A DNA stretch of 29,990 bases from a virus (taxonomy: Duplodnaviria > Caudoviricetes), in the IMG/VR virus record IMGVR_UViG_3300022697_000105, positions 1 through 29,990 of that record, one strand, 5' to 3'. Under the pieces are notes generated by a model. That model made no database searches and was not told where the DNA came from. It worked only from the letters and a program-made list of their open reading frames with translations. Position 1 is the first letter of the stretch. Each line of letters opens with the position of its first letter. This document shows, one piece after another, positions 18,006-27,539 of this stretch. Position numbers and translations under genes: made by a program.

Positions 18006-20651
18006 TTACCCTTCCGTCACGCCAAGTTGACTGACTGTGATGATGAATCTTTCAACTGTGTCAACAAGGTTCAACGTAATTGAAGCATTCAAGTTCCCCG
18101 CATTTGTTTCGGAAGCCGGGTTGTTTTCATCATCAATTTTGATGATTGCGGCATCCGTTACACTGTCCCCAACAATCGCACCTTTTGCGAATTCAGGAAT
18201 GAAGAACACAAGGAATGTTGATTTCAATTGTTCCCTTGTTTCCCTGTTGTTCAAGGCGAAAATAATGAAGTCAAAGTTTTCAAGGAATATGTTTTCGTAA
18301 TGTGACAAAGTTTCACGCTTATGTTTGAAACGTGAACTTGGGTCAAGGTGAAGTGTTCGGTCACCCCATAACACGAAGTTTCCACTGATTTGTTTGATGA
18401 CACCAATTCCCTGTGGGTTCAAGAATTCTTCATCCAATTGTTTGTCTTCAAGTCCCGCTGGAAGTTTGATGACATTGGAAAGAATTGCGTCCACACCAGC
18501 GGCGGCTTTGTGATAACCGTCGAAGTCCCGTGCAAACCTTGATTCAACACCCATGATGGAACCTGTCAGTGTGACAAGTTTCAAACCTTCACCAAGTGGG
18601 TTGGGAACGAAACCATAAGATGGGAATGAAACGACCGCAAAGTCATTTCTTCCAATCGTTTCGTTGATATATTCTTCAGCCGCTTGTTCGGAAACGATGT
18701 TCGCTGGAATTTCATAACGATACATCCAGTTTTGGCTTGCACCGAATGCAACCCCCGCTTTCTGAACAGCCGCCGAATTCACACCCGGTGAAGCCAACTT
18801 AATAAGTCCAAGGTTCTTTCCGCGCATTGCTTTCAATGGTGAAGTTCCTGTGTCGTATGCGACCAAGTAATTGATGTCCGCGATGCTTGCAACACCGTCT
18901 GAACCACCGCCAAGTTGTTGTTCATAACTTGAATCGAATTGGTCACCAGCAACCGCATTCACTGTCATGTCCGAACCTGTTTTTACAGTTATGCTTTCGG
19001 AATCGTTTGACACGATTTCAAAACCTTCGCGGAATAATGATGATTTTGGTCTAAGTGTTCCACCAACCAAGGCATCGTTTGCCAACGGTCGAACTTCAAT
19101 AAGAAGTGATTCACCAACTTGCCATTCTTTCGTGCTGTCGAATGTTGTGTCCACTAAGGTGAAGCCCATTGCGAAAGCGTTTGGCGGTGCAAGTGCAACC
19201 CCTGAAGTTACAACCACACCCGTGATGAATGTCATTTTGGCTGAAGCATAAGTCCAAGTTTGGTCAACACCACCCGAAAGCGTCGCACCAGCGAAAGTTG
19301 GTGGGGTTCCACCAGCACTTGTGGTTGTCAGCGCATTTCCAAGAACACCCGGTGTTGCAGCGAAAAGGTCCATGTTTGCACCAGTCGCTTCGGCAAACAC
19401 TAATAAGTAAAGTGCGTCACCAAGTGTGTCCCGTTTGGAATTAATTTTTGCAACCAAGTTGTCCCGTGAATCGGCGGCTGTTGCACCAATCAACACTTCA
19501 TCCGCAAGTGTCGGAACGGTTTTGAAGGTAAGTGTTTCACCAGCAATGACAACTGTGTCACCGTCGGTCGGCTGTCCGGGAAATGTCAACAGGCTTGTTG
19601 CCCGTGCGCCCGTTGCCGTCACTGTCAAGGTGGCGTCATCGTCAATTATTGAAGCACCCGGAACTTGTGTGGAAACTTTCGCTTTCGCACCAGTCGGTGA
19701 ATTGGGAACTTCTTGTGAAATTTTTAGTGTAAGAACTGTGGATGTCAATGAAAGTGATTCACCCGCCAAGTTTGCTGGTCGAATATCGGCGGTAACTGTA
19801 ACCCCAACCTGAAGGTCTTCAACACGAATGTTGAAATCAACATCACTGTCGTCATTGACAACTTTGATGTAATAGTTTCCAGCCGCCGGGTCTGGTGAAA
19901 GATTGTCGAATGTTTTGACCAGTGTTGAAATGTTTCCTTCAATGAAGAAAACTTCCATTTTGAATTCTTCGGAAGGGTTGTCTGTTCCCGGTCCCACTTT
20001 GACGGCAATTGCTTCACCATCGTTTGCCAAGTTGACTGAAATAAGTTTGTCCAAACTTCCACCAAGTTCAGCAACAAGGTCAACATCGCTTGGGAATGTA
20101 AGAAGTCCAAGTGCTGTGTTTGAAACAACAACAAAGGATTTTCCGGGTATTGCATTGAAGCTGACCAATGCGCCAACTAATTCATCAACCTTTAAGTCGG
20201 CGGGCACAACATCCAACTGAAGTGTCGTTGTAAGAACGGTGTCATATTCATCAATAAGAATTTGTTTTTTGCCACCCCAACGACCCGGATTTCCACCTTC
20301 AATTTTCATTGCAAGTGCGCGTGTTGGGCTTTTGCGATTTGTGAGTTCAACGAAAGAAGTCTTTTCATCACCATCGGTAAGACGGTTCAACCAAAGTTGT
20401 CCGGCACCGTTTCCAAGTCTTAGTCTGTCAATTGCGGAATCAGGAAGTAATGATTCGGGGATGATTCCACCAGCACGGAAGCCATAGTCAGTGACATTGT
20501 TCACGAAGAACATCTTCCCAACTGGTCCCTTTTGCATGATTCCGGTGAATGCTGTCGTTCCCAATGCGCCCGGTGTGATTGTTTGTTGTCCACTCTTTTC
20601 GATAACAACGACGCCCGCGCCGCGTGTTGGTCCAAATCTTCGTTGTGCCAT
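18006..20651 (-). CDS. Contractile tail sheath protein with large insertion domains (881 aa)
   Basis: GVVVIEK...ITPG..GTTAFTGI..KGP, NPGRWG, GYHKAAAG, LNPQGI..I, VLWGDRTL and IDDENNP...GNL motifs. Confidence 0.95.
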   Translation of the reverse strand: MAQRRFGPTRGAGVVVIEKSGQQTITPGALGTTAFTGIMQKGPVGKMFFVNNVTDYGFRAGGIIPESLLPDSAIDRLRLGNGAGQLWLNRLTDGDEKTSFVELTNRKSPTRALAMKIEGGNPGRWGGKKQILIDEYDTVLTTTLQLDVVPADLKVDELVGALVSFNAIPGKSFVVVSNTALGLLTFPSDVDLVAELGGSLDKLISVNLANDGEAIAVKVGPGTDNPSEEFKMEVFFIEGNISTLVKTFDNLSPDPAAGNYYIKVVNDDSDVDFNIRVEDLQVGVTVTADIRPANLAGESLSLTSTVLTLKISQEVPNSPTGAKAKVSTQVPGASIIDDDATLTVTATGARATSLLTFPGQPTDGDTVVIAGETLTFKTVPTLADEVLIGATAADSRDNLVAKINSKRDTLGDALYLLVFAEATGANMDLFAATPGVLGNALTTTSAGGTPPTFAGATLSGGVDQTWTYASAKMTFITGVVVTSGVALAPPNAFAMGFTLVDTTFDSTKEWQVGESLLIEVRPLANDALVGGTLRPKSSLFREGFEIVSNDSESITVKTGSDMTVNAVAGDQFDSSYEQQLGGGSDGVASIADINYLVAYDTGTSPLKAMRGKNLGLIKLASPGVNSAAVQKAGVAFGASQNWMYRYEIPANIVSEQAAEEYINETIGRNDFAVVSFPSYGFVPNPLGEGLKLVTLTGSIMGVESRFARDFDGYHKAAAGVDAILSNVIKLPAGLEDKQLDEEFLNPQGIGVIKQISGNFVLWGDRTLHLDPSSRFKHKRETLSHYENIFLENFDFIIFALNNRETREQLKSTFLVFFIPEFAKGAIVGDSVTDAAIIKIDDENNPASETNAGNLNASITLNLVDTVERFIITVSQLGVTEG

Positions 20652-20677
20652 TATTTTCCCCTTTGTGTGTTATACAT

Positions 20678-20707
20678 AGTTATACCGTCCAAACAAAAAA
20701 ACATCAA
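20678..20707 (-). promoter_or_regulatory. Putative sigma70-like promoter upstream of the sheath gene
   Basis: Minus strand TTGATG-N17-TATAAC, with a second TATAAC 10 bp downstream. Confidence 0.35.
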
Positions 20708-22065
20708 GTTGATTGAACAGCGACGTTAAGTTTTCCTTCATCAACCAAGGGTTCGTCCAGTGCGGGCTTGTCAAAAAACAAGACCCCAAGAACGTCGAAT
20801 GACCCGGTCGCCACATTGGTGTCGGTGTCATCGGATGCCTTTTGATTCCGGCTTGTGCTAAGTTCCACGAAGATTTCAATGCCGTAAAGACAATCAAGGT
20901 TGAATTCCCGAATGAACTTGTTGTTTGCCCAAAATTGGTTGATGTCATTGACCAACCGCATTTGGTCCAATTGACTGTTCGTGAAGACAGCCCATTCAAA
21001 CCTGATAGTATTTTGCCGTGGACTTCTTTGAACCACCGCGTTACCAGCATCTTTGTCACGGATGAAATCAATAACGCTGTTGGTGTTCTTAAGCGTGAAC
21101 CCCGGTCTGTCAAGAATTTGAATGTTTTCAAAAATGATTGAAGGAAAGGTTGGGACTTCAAAGAAATCCTGTCCCTGTCGAACATAGACTTCCGGCACAT
21201 ATTCAAATGTGACTTCATACACCGCACCCGAAGGCAATACTGAATTAAGCGTGATGATTCCGGGGTCATGTGTAAAGCCGTCCTTCCTTAGCGACCCCAA
21301 TGCATAACTGTCAAACAAGTTTGTCAGCTTCAAGGGGTCATTCACAAGGTCATACACGCTTCGGATGTCCGTTACGTTATAACCTTTGTTATCAAGGACG
21401 GAATTCAAGTCGATGCTTGAACCAGTTCCCGGTCTTCTTAGGACTGAACTTGACCTGAAGTCTTTGTTCAGTGTCCGAATAACTCCATCATACACCAGCG
21501 AATCCAAGACTTCAATTTCAAACTGACCCAACAGTTTCAGTTCCTTGACTTCCGGTGTGATTGCCGGGTCTATGGTCCTTAAATTGACGACAAACCCGAT
21601 TCCCTTATTCCCGACCGTTACCATTGGGAAGGTTGGAATGTTGGCACTTATTTCCGTTTCAGTATTCCAGTCAGTCGATGTTGCGACAGCCCATGCGCCA
21701 CCGTCCCACCAATATTCGACGAAGGTTGGGATTGTTGCAAAATCACTTGTCAAAACCCTAAACCGAACGTCTGTTCCAACTGGTGTGTTGAAGTTATTAC
21801 TTGCATCTTCGGTCACCCGTGCTTCAAACTTAAGCCATTTCTGAACACCAGCCGGATTGAACAATGGTGTCCTGACATGAATGTCCTGATTGACAGCGGG
21901 TCCAGTTGAAGCGACTGGAAATTGCCCACTTGCAACCTTCAATTGAAGTTTCTGATTCACAAGGTCTTCGGTATTCAAACGAATTTTGTCGGTGTCTGAA
22001 AAGACAAGGTCTGAACGAATGGGTTCTTCAAATGTAAAATTCTTAATAAGTTTTCTTATCGCCAT
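20704..22065 (-). CDS. Probable tail terminator/completion protein with N-terminal extra domains
   Basis: 453 aa immediately upstream of the sheath. The C-terminal FPSIIFE...IRFEWAVFT..Q.D...L pattern resembles tail terminators. The call is mainly syntenic. Confidence 0.55.
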   Translation of the reverse strand: MAIRKLIKNFTFEEPIRSDLVFSDTDKIRLNTEDLVNQKLQLKVASGQFPVASTGPAVNQDIHVRTPLFNPAGVQKWLKFEARVTEDASNNFNTPVGTDVRFRVLTSDFATIPTFVEYWWDGGAWAVATSTDWNTETEISANIPTFPMVTVGNKGIGFVVNLRTIDPAITPEVKELKLLGQFEIEVLDSLVYDGVIRTLNKDFRSSSVLRRPGTGSSIDLNSVLDNKGYNVTDIRSVYDLVNDPLKLTNLFDSYALGSLRKDGFTHDPGIITLNSVLPSGAVYEVTFEYVPEVYVRQGQDFFEVPTFPSIIFENIQILDRPGFTLKNTNSVIDFIRDKDAGNAVVQRSPRQNTIRFEWAVFTNSQLDQMRLVNDINQFWANNKFIREFNLDCLYGIEIFVELSTSRNQKASDDTDTNVATGSFDVLGVLFFDKPALDEPLVDEGKLNVAVQST

Positions 22066-22742
22066 TATTTGTCCTTATGTTCCCCGTCTTTTGCACCTTG
22101 GGCTTTCCACATTTGTTCAAGTGATTCACGCCAAATTGCAATGACTTCCCCCTTGACATCCTGTCGTTCCCAAACCGAAGAAAATATTTTCCTTGGTGGG
22201 ACACGCCAAACACCACCCCGGCGTCCAGCATTTTGCCCAATCTTCGCAAGTGCCTGTCCTTGTTTCTTCTTAACTTTCCCCCGTTTTGTTTTCTGTGCTT
22301 CAAGTGTTGCAATCAAAGCGGCAATCATCTTTGGTGTGATTGTTATGACATAACCACTTTCCATAAGTTCAACAAGTTTCTTCATTCCAATTGTGCTGGA
22401 ACCCGGCTTTCGCCCAAATCTACTTCCTGTTGATTGCGCATTTCTTATCATTCCAACTTCAGCACTGAAAGCGTTATTCAGTTTGTGCGCAATTGCGTCC
22501 ACTAAATTTTTTTGCTTAAGAAGTGGGATTGTTCCGCGTTCCATCAATAATGTCATCGGGGAATTTTCTTTGAATTCCCTTTGTCTGATTTGTCTTTTCA
22601 CTTCACGAATCAAAAATAATGAAGCCTTGATGGTTCCCCGGCGAATGAATTTTTGCAAGTTCCTGTCAAGCAATTGAACAGTCGTGAATTTTTCAAACTG
22701 TTCGATGTCACCTGTAATTCGCATACTTGCAATTGCGCCCAT
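22065..22742 (-). CDS. Neck / virion morphogenesis protein (HK97 gp10 / Mu gpG-like)
   Basis: Basic 225 aa protein with NSPMT, PLL...NLVDAI, ELMESG and VPPRKIF motifs. Confidence 0.7.
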   Translation of the reverse strand: MGAIASMRITGDIEQFEKFTTVQLLDRNLQKFIRRGTIKASLFLIREVKRQIRQREFKENSPMTLLMERGTIPLLKQKNLVDAIAHKLNNAFSAEVGMIRNAQSTGSRFGRKPGSSTIGMKKLVELMESGYVITITPKMIAALIATLEAQKTKRGKVKKKQGQALAKIGQNAGRRGGVWRVPPRKIFSSVWERQDVKGEVIAIWRESLEQMWKAQGAKDGEHKDK

Positions 22743-22744
22743 AC

Positions 22745-23173
22745 TTACCCCGGATTCCTGTCAGCAAAGAAAACCCTTGCCAATGCAAAACCACCCAAGG
22801 CACTAAACTGTGCGCCCATTTTATTTTGCCCGTGTAATAAGTAAAGTTCGGTGTCCAACGAATCGGCACCTGTTCCCATCTTAATTATTTTGTCACCCCT
22901 TTTTAATTTGATTCCGGCGTTTCGCAAGTCCACACTTCTTACAACCAAGTAACCACCAGCGTTTTCGTCGGCACCTATTTGACTGAATTCCGTTTTCTGT
23001 TCAGTGTTCCCAAAGACAACTTGTGCTTGGAACGACACTTTCACTTTGACAGTGCTGTTGATTGTTTCATGCCGTCCTGAAAGCCCACCAGAAAATTGCG
23101 TGTTTGCTTCGTCAATCTGTTCGACTTCAATAAGTATTGGTTCAATAAGGGGTGGTGGAATAAGAAAACCCAT
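22745..23173 (-). CDS. Probable head closure (stopper) protein
   Basis: 142 aa beta-rich protein with LKRGDKI motif, between adaptor and neck genes. Confidence 0.6.
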   Translation of the reverse strand: MGFLIPPPLIEPILIEVEQIDEANTQFSGGLSGRHETINSTVKVKVSFQAQVVFGNTEQKTEFSQIGADENAGGYLVVRSVDLRNAGIKLKRGDKIIKMGTGADSLDTELYLLHGQNKMGAQFSALGGFALARVFFADRNPG

Positions 23174-23174
23174 G

Positions 23175-24167
23175 TCAGTAACTTACCCCCTGACTTGTCC
23201 TATTCAACACAACTGGTGTTTCTTCAATGGACCCGTCGATTCTTATTGGTGCTTGATATTTTGCAAGGATTCGGTCAACTTCCGAATTCCCGGACAGCGA
23301 ACCCCTTGCTGTTGAATCTTTCAATTCAAAAAATTCTTGTTCATGTAAGTCAATTTTCAATCGCTTCAACGGTCCCGTGCTGGAAGATGTTGCCTGTGCT
23401 GTTGGACTATTTATTTGGATGATTGAAAGAAGTTCGGTTGCACGCTTAATAAGTGAAGGTGTGCTTCCGTTTTCTTCCAAGAATCCGAAGTCACCATCAA
23501 TTTTTGTCAATGTTTCCTTTACGAAAACACGATTTGTCAATGCACCTGAAAAGATGTTGTCCCTTCCACTTCCAACATTCAATTTGATTCTTGGATTCCG
23601 TCTGTCATCCTGTGGTCTTGACCGTCCCTTGAAAGCAACGAAGTCATTGTCTTCACCTTCAACCAGCGCGTTCGATGTGCTGTTGATAACAAGTTCCCGG
23701 ATTTCAATTATTGGGACAGGCAACCACATTGTTGGTGTGTTGTTTCCTTCAAGTCTGACAATCGCCGCACGCAAGTTGAAGAACTGTCCTGTGAATTCAT
23801 CAATGAAGTCCATTGATTCTTGGATGATTGCATTTCCCCGATGCTTTGGAATTGTGTCCGAATGAAGGTTGTTTGCTGGTCCATTCACAATCAAGTTTGC
23901 GGCACCAGTCAATTCAATTCTTACTGTCGTTGGTGTTGGAAATTCAATGATGCAAGAACCAAATCCAAGCTGTTCAATGACATCACCAACCACCGGGTCA
24001 GGGTCACCAGCGGTTACTTTGACAAAATCATATATGTCACCACCAGCATCGACCACCTTGTTTGAAAGTGTTATTTTTATTTTTGAAACCAATGGTGAAC
24101 CACCTGTTGCAAGTGCGCAAAGAAGTTCGCCATAAGTTAAGTATGGTCCTGTGTTGTCCACTGTCAT
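23175..24167 (-). CDS. Probable head-tail adaptor/connector protein with insertions
   Basis: YLTYGEL start, IIQESMDFIDEFTGQFF, G.FGF.....TP.LIKRAT and EVDRILAKY motifs, typical of gp6/gp15-like adaptors. Confidence 0.7.
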   Translation of the reverse strand: MTVDNTGPYLTYGELLCALATGGSPLVSKIKITLSNKVVDAGGDIYDFVKVTAGDPDPVVGDVIEQLGFGSCIIEFPTPTTVRIELTGAANLIVNGPANNLHSDTIPKHRGNAIIQESMDFIDEFTGQFFNLRAAIVRLEGNNTPTMWLPVPIIEIRELVINSTSNALVEGEDNDFVAFKGRSRPQDDRRNPRIKLNVGSGRDNIFSGALTNRVFVKETLTKIDGDFGFLEENGSTPSLIKRATELLSIIQINSPTAQATSSSTGPLKRLKIDLHEQEFFELKDSTARGSLSGNSEVDRILAKYQAPIRIDGSIEETPVVLNRTSQGVSY

Positions 24168-24727
24168 ACCCCCCTATTTTGTGTAAGTTCCGCACCATCA
24201 TAAGTCGAAAGCCATTCGTCAAAACCTTTTGGTCCGACTGACTCAAGGTCAATTCCTGTGTCAATACCCTTTACATTTTCAATTGCCGCGCCACCGAGTT
24301 CGTTGCAAAACCATGTGTAATCACCATCGGCAAAAGGATTTTTCCATTTCTTGCCAATGGTTTTCCCGGCATAGACCCAAACGATTCCAAGTGCGCCCTT
24401 CATTCCATAGCTGACACCCGCATTTGACATTGCAAACGAAATTAATTTTTTATATTGTGCGCGTGTTATTTTTATTTCGTATTCCTTAACTATATGGGTG
24501 AACTGTTCAAAGACTTTCTTCTTTGATGAAAATTGAACCTTGGTCCCGGATGCTTCATACACCACACCAACTTTTGCACCGCTTGAATACCATCTCAAAT
24601 AAACATGTGAATACGGTGTTTGTTCAAGCAATCTGATAGCCCACGAAAAGATATAACCAATAACAGGAATCCTGTTCTTTGGTTTGCTGAAACCTATGAA
24701 AATAGAAATCATTTTTCCTTCGTCCAT
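24164..24727 (-). CDS. Permuted papain-like (NlpC/P60, YiiX/YebB-type) amidase/peptidase
   Basis: Catalytic His precedes Cys: FSWAIRLLEQTPYSHV...YEA...AGVSYG...WFCNEL...GP. Confidence 0.8.
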   Translation of the reverse strand: MDEGKMISIFIGFSKPKNRIPVIGYIFSWAIRLLEQTPYSHVYLRWYSSGAKVGVVYEASGTKVQFSSKKKVFEQFTHIVKEYEIKITRAQYKKLISFAMSNAGVSYGMKGALGIVWVYAGKTIGKKWKNPFADGDYTWFCNELGGAAIENVKGIDTGIDLESVGPKGFDEWLSTYDGAELTQNRGV

Positions 24728-24736
24728 ACCTATCCC

Positions 24737-25264
24737 TTACAATTGCCCGTCATACACAGCCGCAAGTGGTGTTATTCCCAAATATTCTTCAATCTGTTGT
24801 CTGAATGTAAGAAGTCGTGCGGCTGTCAAAACTTGTGCGTCCAAATCTGTGGACACCACCTGTGCAATTTCAAAACGTGCATCATACAGACTTGCGGTCC
24901 CAAGCGCACCAATGACCTGTTCCAAAGTTTTTCGGACATGATTAGTCAAACCAAGTTGTGTAATGCCAAGACGAATATTTTCGTTCATGAATTCATTACG
25001 GGCACCTTCAGCAAACCTTTCGGCGTCGTTAATTATTGCATCAACCTGAAGATATACATTGTAACTTGCTTCATCGTGCGCCGTCACAGCCGCATCAATC
25101 TTTGCTTTGTTTGTGCTGTCGTCAAATGTATCATCCAACATCACCCAAATCTTATCACCTTTACGGTTGATGTTTTTGATATAAGGTTTCACTTCAGGAA
25201 TTTGTTTTAATTCCTTTAAGAAATATTGTGTATTAATTGTTTTTGGATATTCAAATGTTTTCAT
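24737..25264 (-). CDS. Hypothetical protein, possibly a fibre assembly chaperone
   Basis: 175 aa ORF starting 1 nt after the fibre gene stop. Function is inferred from position only. Confidence 0.6.
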   Translation of the reverse strand: MKTFEYPKTINTQYFLKELKQIPEVKPYIKNINRKGDKIWVMLDDTFDDSTNKAKIDAAVTAHDEASYNVYLQVDAIINDAERFAEGARNEFMNENIRLGITQLGLTNHVRKTLEQVIGALGTASLYDARFEIAQVVSTDLDAQVLTAARLLTFRQQIEEYLGITPLAAVYDGQL

Positions 25265-25265
25265 T

Positions 25266-27005
25266 TTACAACAACCTCACAGCTTTTATTTTTGCCCAAG
25301 AAATTCCTTCATTATTTTGTTCTATTGTATAGACATTCACAGCTTCCCTTCCGTTGAAAATAAACCGAACAATGTCGTTCGCGCTTAAAGACAAAAGAAA
25401 TGGTGGAAGTATAAGTGAATTAGATTCGGAATTGTTATTTCGTAAAAATGTCCGCACTGTTGTTAGATTTTGGCGAACATTATTGACAGTGACATACGCT
25501 TCACAACCCGAATTGTTCGCATTAGCGTCGGCATCTAAGTTGAATGAAACTTCAACTTCACAGTTCACGTCCACACGAAATTGTTCAACTGTAACCTTGG
25601 TGAATATCCCGTTGGGTCTTGAATTTTGGTCATCGGCAAAATCAAGAATTAAATTGCCACCAATTCCAGTCGTGTCTTGTTGAATGCTTGTGCTGTACTG
25701 AAGCCATGCATGGACAAATTCATCTAATTTTGCCTTGTCTGTCGATGTCATGAAACCATTTATTGTTGGTGTAACCGCCGCATGAAGTGCCGCACCCGCT
25801 TGATTTCCGTGTGCATGTGTATGGTTTGCATTCGCATAAGTATTTGTGTCTGTTCCGGCATTCCCTGTTGCCGCAATTGCTGGTGGTGTCACACCTGAAG
25901 CGGCATCTTGTGTTGCACCCGCCTCAATACCACCAAGTTTGGTTTGTTCAGCATCCGTGAATGCATTGGTGTTTGCATTGGCTTCATATTGTGTTTTTAT
26001 TTCAGCGTCGGTTTGATTGACTTCAGCAAGTGCTTCAATACCAGCAAGTTTGGATTTTTCGGAATCTAAGAATGCGTTTGTGTCGGCATTATTTTCATAC
26101 TGTGTTTTTATTTGTGCATCGGTCAGTATTGTACTTTCGCCCAACTGAAGAACATACTTGGCGTCGTCTGTGTCCCAAACATATTTTTCAACATCCTGAC
26201 CGACACCGCCGTCAACGTTACCGTATGACCCAACTGGTGGTGCTGGAAATGCTGTTTGCAATGCCACAAGTGAAACAAATTCACCCAAAAATTTTGATGT
26301 TTCAAGTGCTGCAAGTTTTGATTTTTCAGCATCCGTGAAACCATTTGTGTTGATATTATTTTCATACGCTGTTTTTATTTCGGCGTCTGTCTGGTCGGCT
26401 GTTGCACCGTTTTCAATTGTATTAAGTTTTGTTTTGTCAACGGCTGACTGAAGTCCACCCGTTGCTGGTGTTGCGTTTGCAATTGCATCCGCACCCCCTT
26501 CGACATGCCGTGAAGCATGACTGTCAGCATCCGCTTGCGCTTGGTTGACATCTATTCTTAGTTGGCTGACATCTTCACCATCAACTGTTCCCACATTTGT
26601 GATGTTATTCCCACCCATGTCGGAATCACCGGACATTGCGCGTGTTCCGTCTTCCCTGAAATATTGTGGGTGGTCATCAAGTAATAATGATGCTGGTGAA
26701 AGTTGATTGTGCGCGGTTATACCACCGGACGCTGTGACATTGAATTGAAATGTCCATACAAGTGTCGCTGTTTTCTTATGATAGTCACCCGTCAACTTAT
26801 CAATGTAAGTGTCATTCACGCGACCAAGTGCGGGTGAAGGTGCGCCGTCACCAAACAATAATTGCTGACCGAATTCAGAAACAGCACGATATTCCAAAGC
26901 ATTGGTTGAATTTTTTAGTGGGACCGTTTCTGAACCAGCACCATCAAAACCTTTTGGAACATGAAGTTCACTGTCTGGTAAGTCCTTATGCACGCCGTTT
27001 GCCAT
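25266..27005 (-). CDS. Repeat-rich fibre protein (head/collar fibre-like) with beta-sandwich C-terminal domain
   Basis: GDGAPSPALGRVNDTYID, MSGDSDMGGNNITNV, DK.KL motifs and three TDA(E/Q)IKTxYExN repeats. The C-terminus (LLSLSANDIVRF) is C1q/BclA-like. Confidence 0.75.
   Translation of the reverse strand: MANGVHKDLPDSELHVPKGFDGAGSETVPLKNSTNALEYRAVSEFGQQLLFGDGAPSPALGRVNDTYIDKLTGDYHKKTATLVWTFQFNVTASGGITAHNQLSPASLLLDDHPQYFREDGTRAMSGDSDMGGNNITNVGTVDGEDVSQLRIDVNQAQADADSHASRHVEGGADAIANATPATGGLQSAVDKTKLNTIENGATADQTDAEIKTAYENNINTNGFTDAEKSKLAALETSKFLGEFVSLVALQTAFPAPPVGSYGNVDGGVGQDVEKYVWDTDDAKYVLQLGESTILTDAQIKTQYENNADTNAFLDSEKSKLAGIEALAEVNQTDAEIKTQYEANANTNAFTDAEQTKLGGIEAGATQDAASGVTPPAIAATGNAGTDTNTYANANHTHAHGNQAGAALHAAVTPTINGFMTSTDKAKLDEFVHAWLQYSTSIQQDTTGIGGNLILDFADDQNSRPNGIFTKVTVEQFRVDVNCEVEVSFNLDADANANNSGCEAYVTVNNVRQNLTTVRTFLRNNNSESNSLILPPFLLSLSANDIVRFIFNGREAVNVYTIEQNNEGISWAKIKAVRLL
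25910..26400 (-). repeat. Three copies of an approximately 36-aa coding repeat in the fibre gene
   Basis: TDAEIKTAYENNINTNGFTDAEKSKLAALE / TDAQIKTQYENNADTNAFLDSEKSKLAGIE / TDAEIKTQYEANANTNAFTDAEQTKLGGIE. Confidence 0.9.
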
Positions 27006-27018
27006 ATTCTATCCCCGC

Positions 27019-27198
27019 TTATGGTGTTGTGAGTTCCACAAACCCACCGCTTGATGTAATTACATAACCACCATCATTCGTCGTGACAACATTGTCAGGA
27101 ACAACACCCTGAACCAACAATGCCTGAAGACACAAGTCGAACAGTGCCAATGTTTCAGCAAGTTCATCATTGACCTGTCTTCTTTCAAATCCCGACAT
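27019..27198 (-). CDS. Small hypothetical protein (59 aa, not in ORF track)
   Basis: Manual translation: MSGFERRQVNDELAETLALFDLCLQALLVQGVVPDNVVTTNDGGYVITSSGGFVELTTP. Fills the gap between its neighbours without overlap. Confidence 0.7.
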   Translation of the reverse strand: MSGFERRQVNDELAETLALFDLCLQALLVQGVVPDNVVTTNDGGYVITSSGGFVELTTP

Positions 27199-27201
27199 AG
27201 T

Positions 27202-27507
27202 TTATTTTCTCCACGCCCAAACCCGAACTTCACCGGGTTGGTCATTTTCTTTCCCATCACGTTTGAACCACATTTTCCCTTCGGAAATTCCGTCAAAAGT
27301 TATAGGACTTTCTTTCTTAAATAGTTCACCGTCCAAAGCTGTCCCATTGAAGGAAAACAACGTTGCACGTTTGTTTGATTCATTTGAAATTACAATGTGT
27401 GTGGCTTGGAAAGGAAGAATAATTTGTGCCTTGGACGGAAAATCCAAAGGAACGACCGCAAGTCGCTTATAGAATATTTTTCGTGTTCCGTCCGTTGTAT
27501 GCGACAC
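27202..27507 (-). CDS. Small beta-rich hypothetical protein, probable paralog of 27540..27800
   Basis: 101 aa with GTG start and GGGGG RBS. Contains FSFNG...DGE and ends VRVWAWRK. Confidence 0.7.
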   Translation of the reverse strand: MSHTTDGTRKIFYKRLAVVPLDFPSKAQIILPFQATHIVISNESNKRATLFSFNGTALDGELFKKESPITFDGISEGKMWFKRDGKENDQPGEVRVWAWRK

Positions 27508-27539
27508 TATTTTCCCCCATTGACTTTCGTCCCCTTAGT

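Noticed and set aside
20670-21269. 199-aa minus-strand ORF overlapping the terminator-like gene
   Set aside because: It is an alternative frame nearly nested in a longer gene, with no motif or RBS support.
4335-22065. Stand-alone eCIS or tailocin locus
   Set aside because: Capsid and head-tail joining genes are in the same operon, and no Afp15-like ATPase or toxin cargo is visible in the window.
25910-26400. Nucleotide repeats considered as CRISPR or diversity-generating retroelement repeats
   Set aside because: They are degenerate in-frame protein repeats with no spacer structure, and no cas or reverse transcriptase gene is in the window.
27060-27296. Track ORF of 78 aa on the minus strand
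   Set aside because: It overlaps 27202..27507 substantially, and 27019..27198 fits the gap better.
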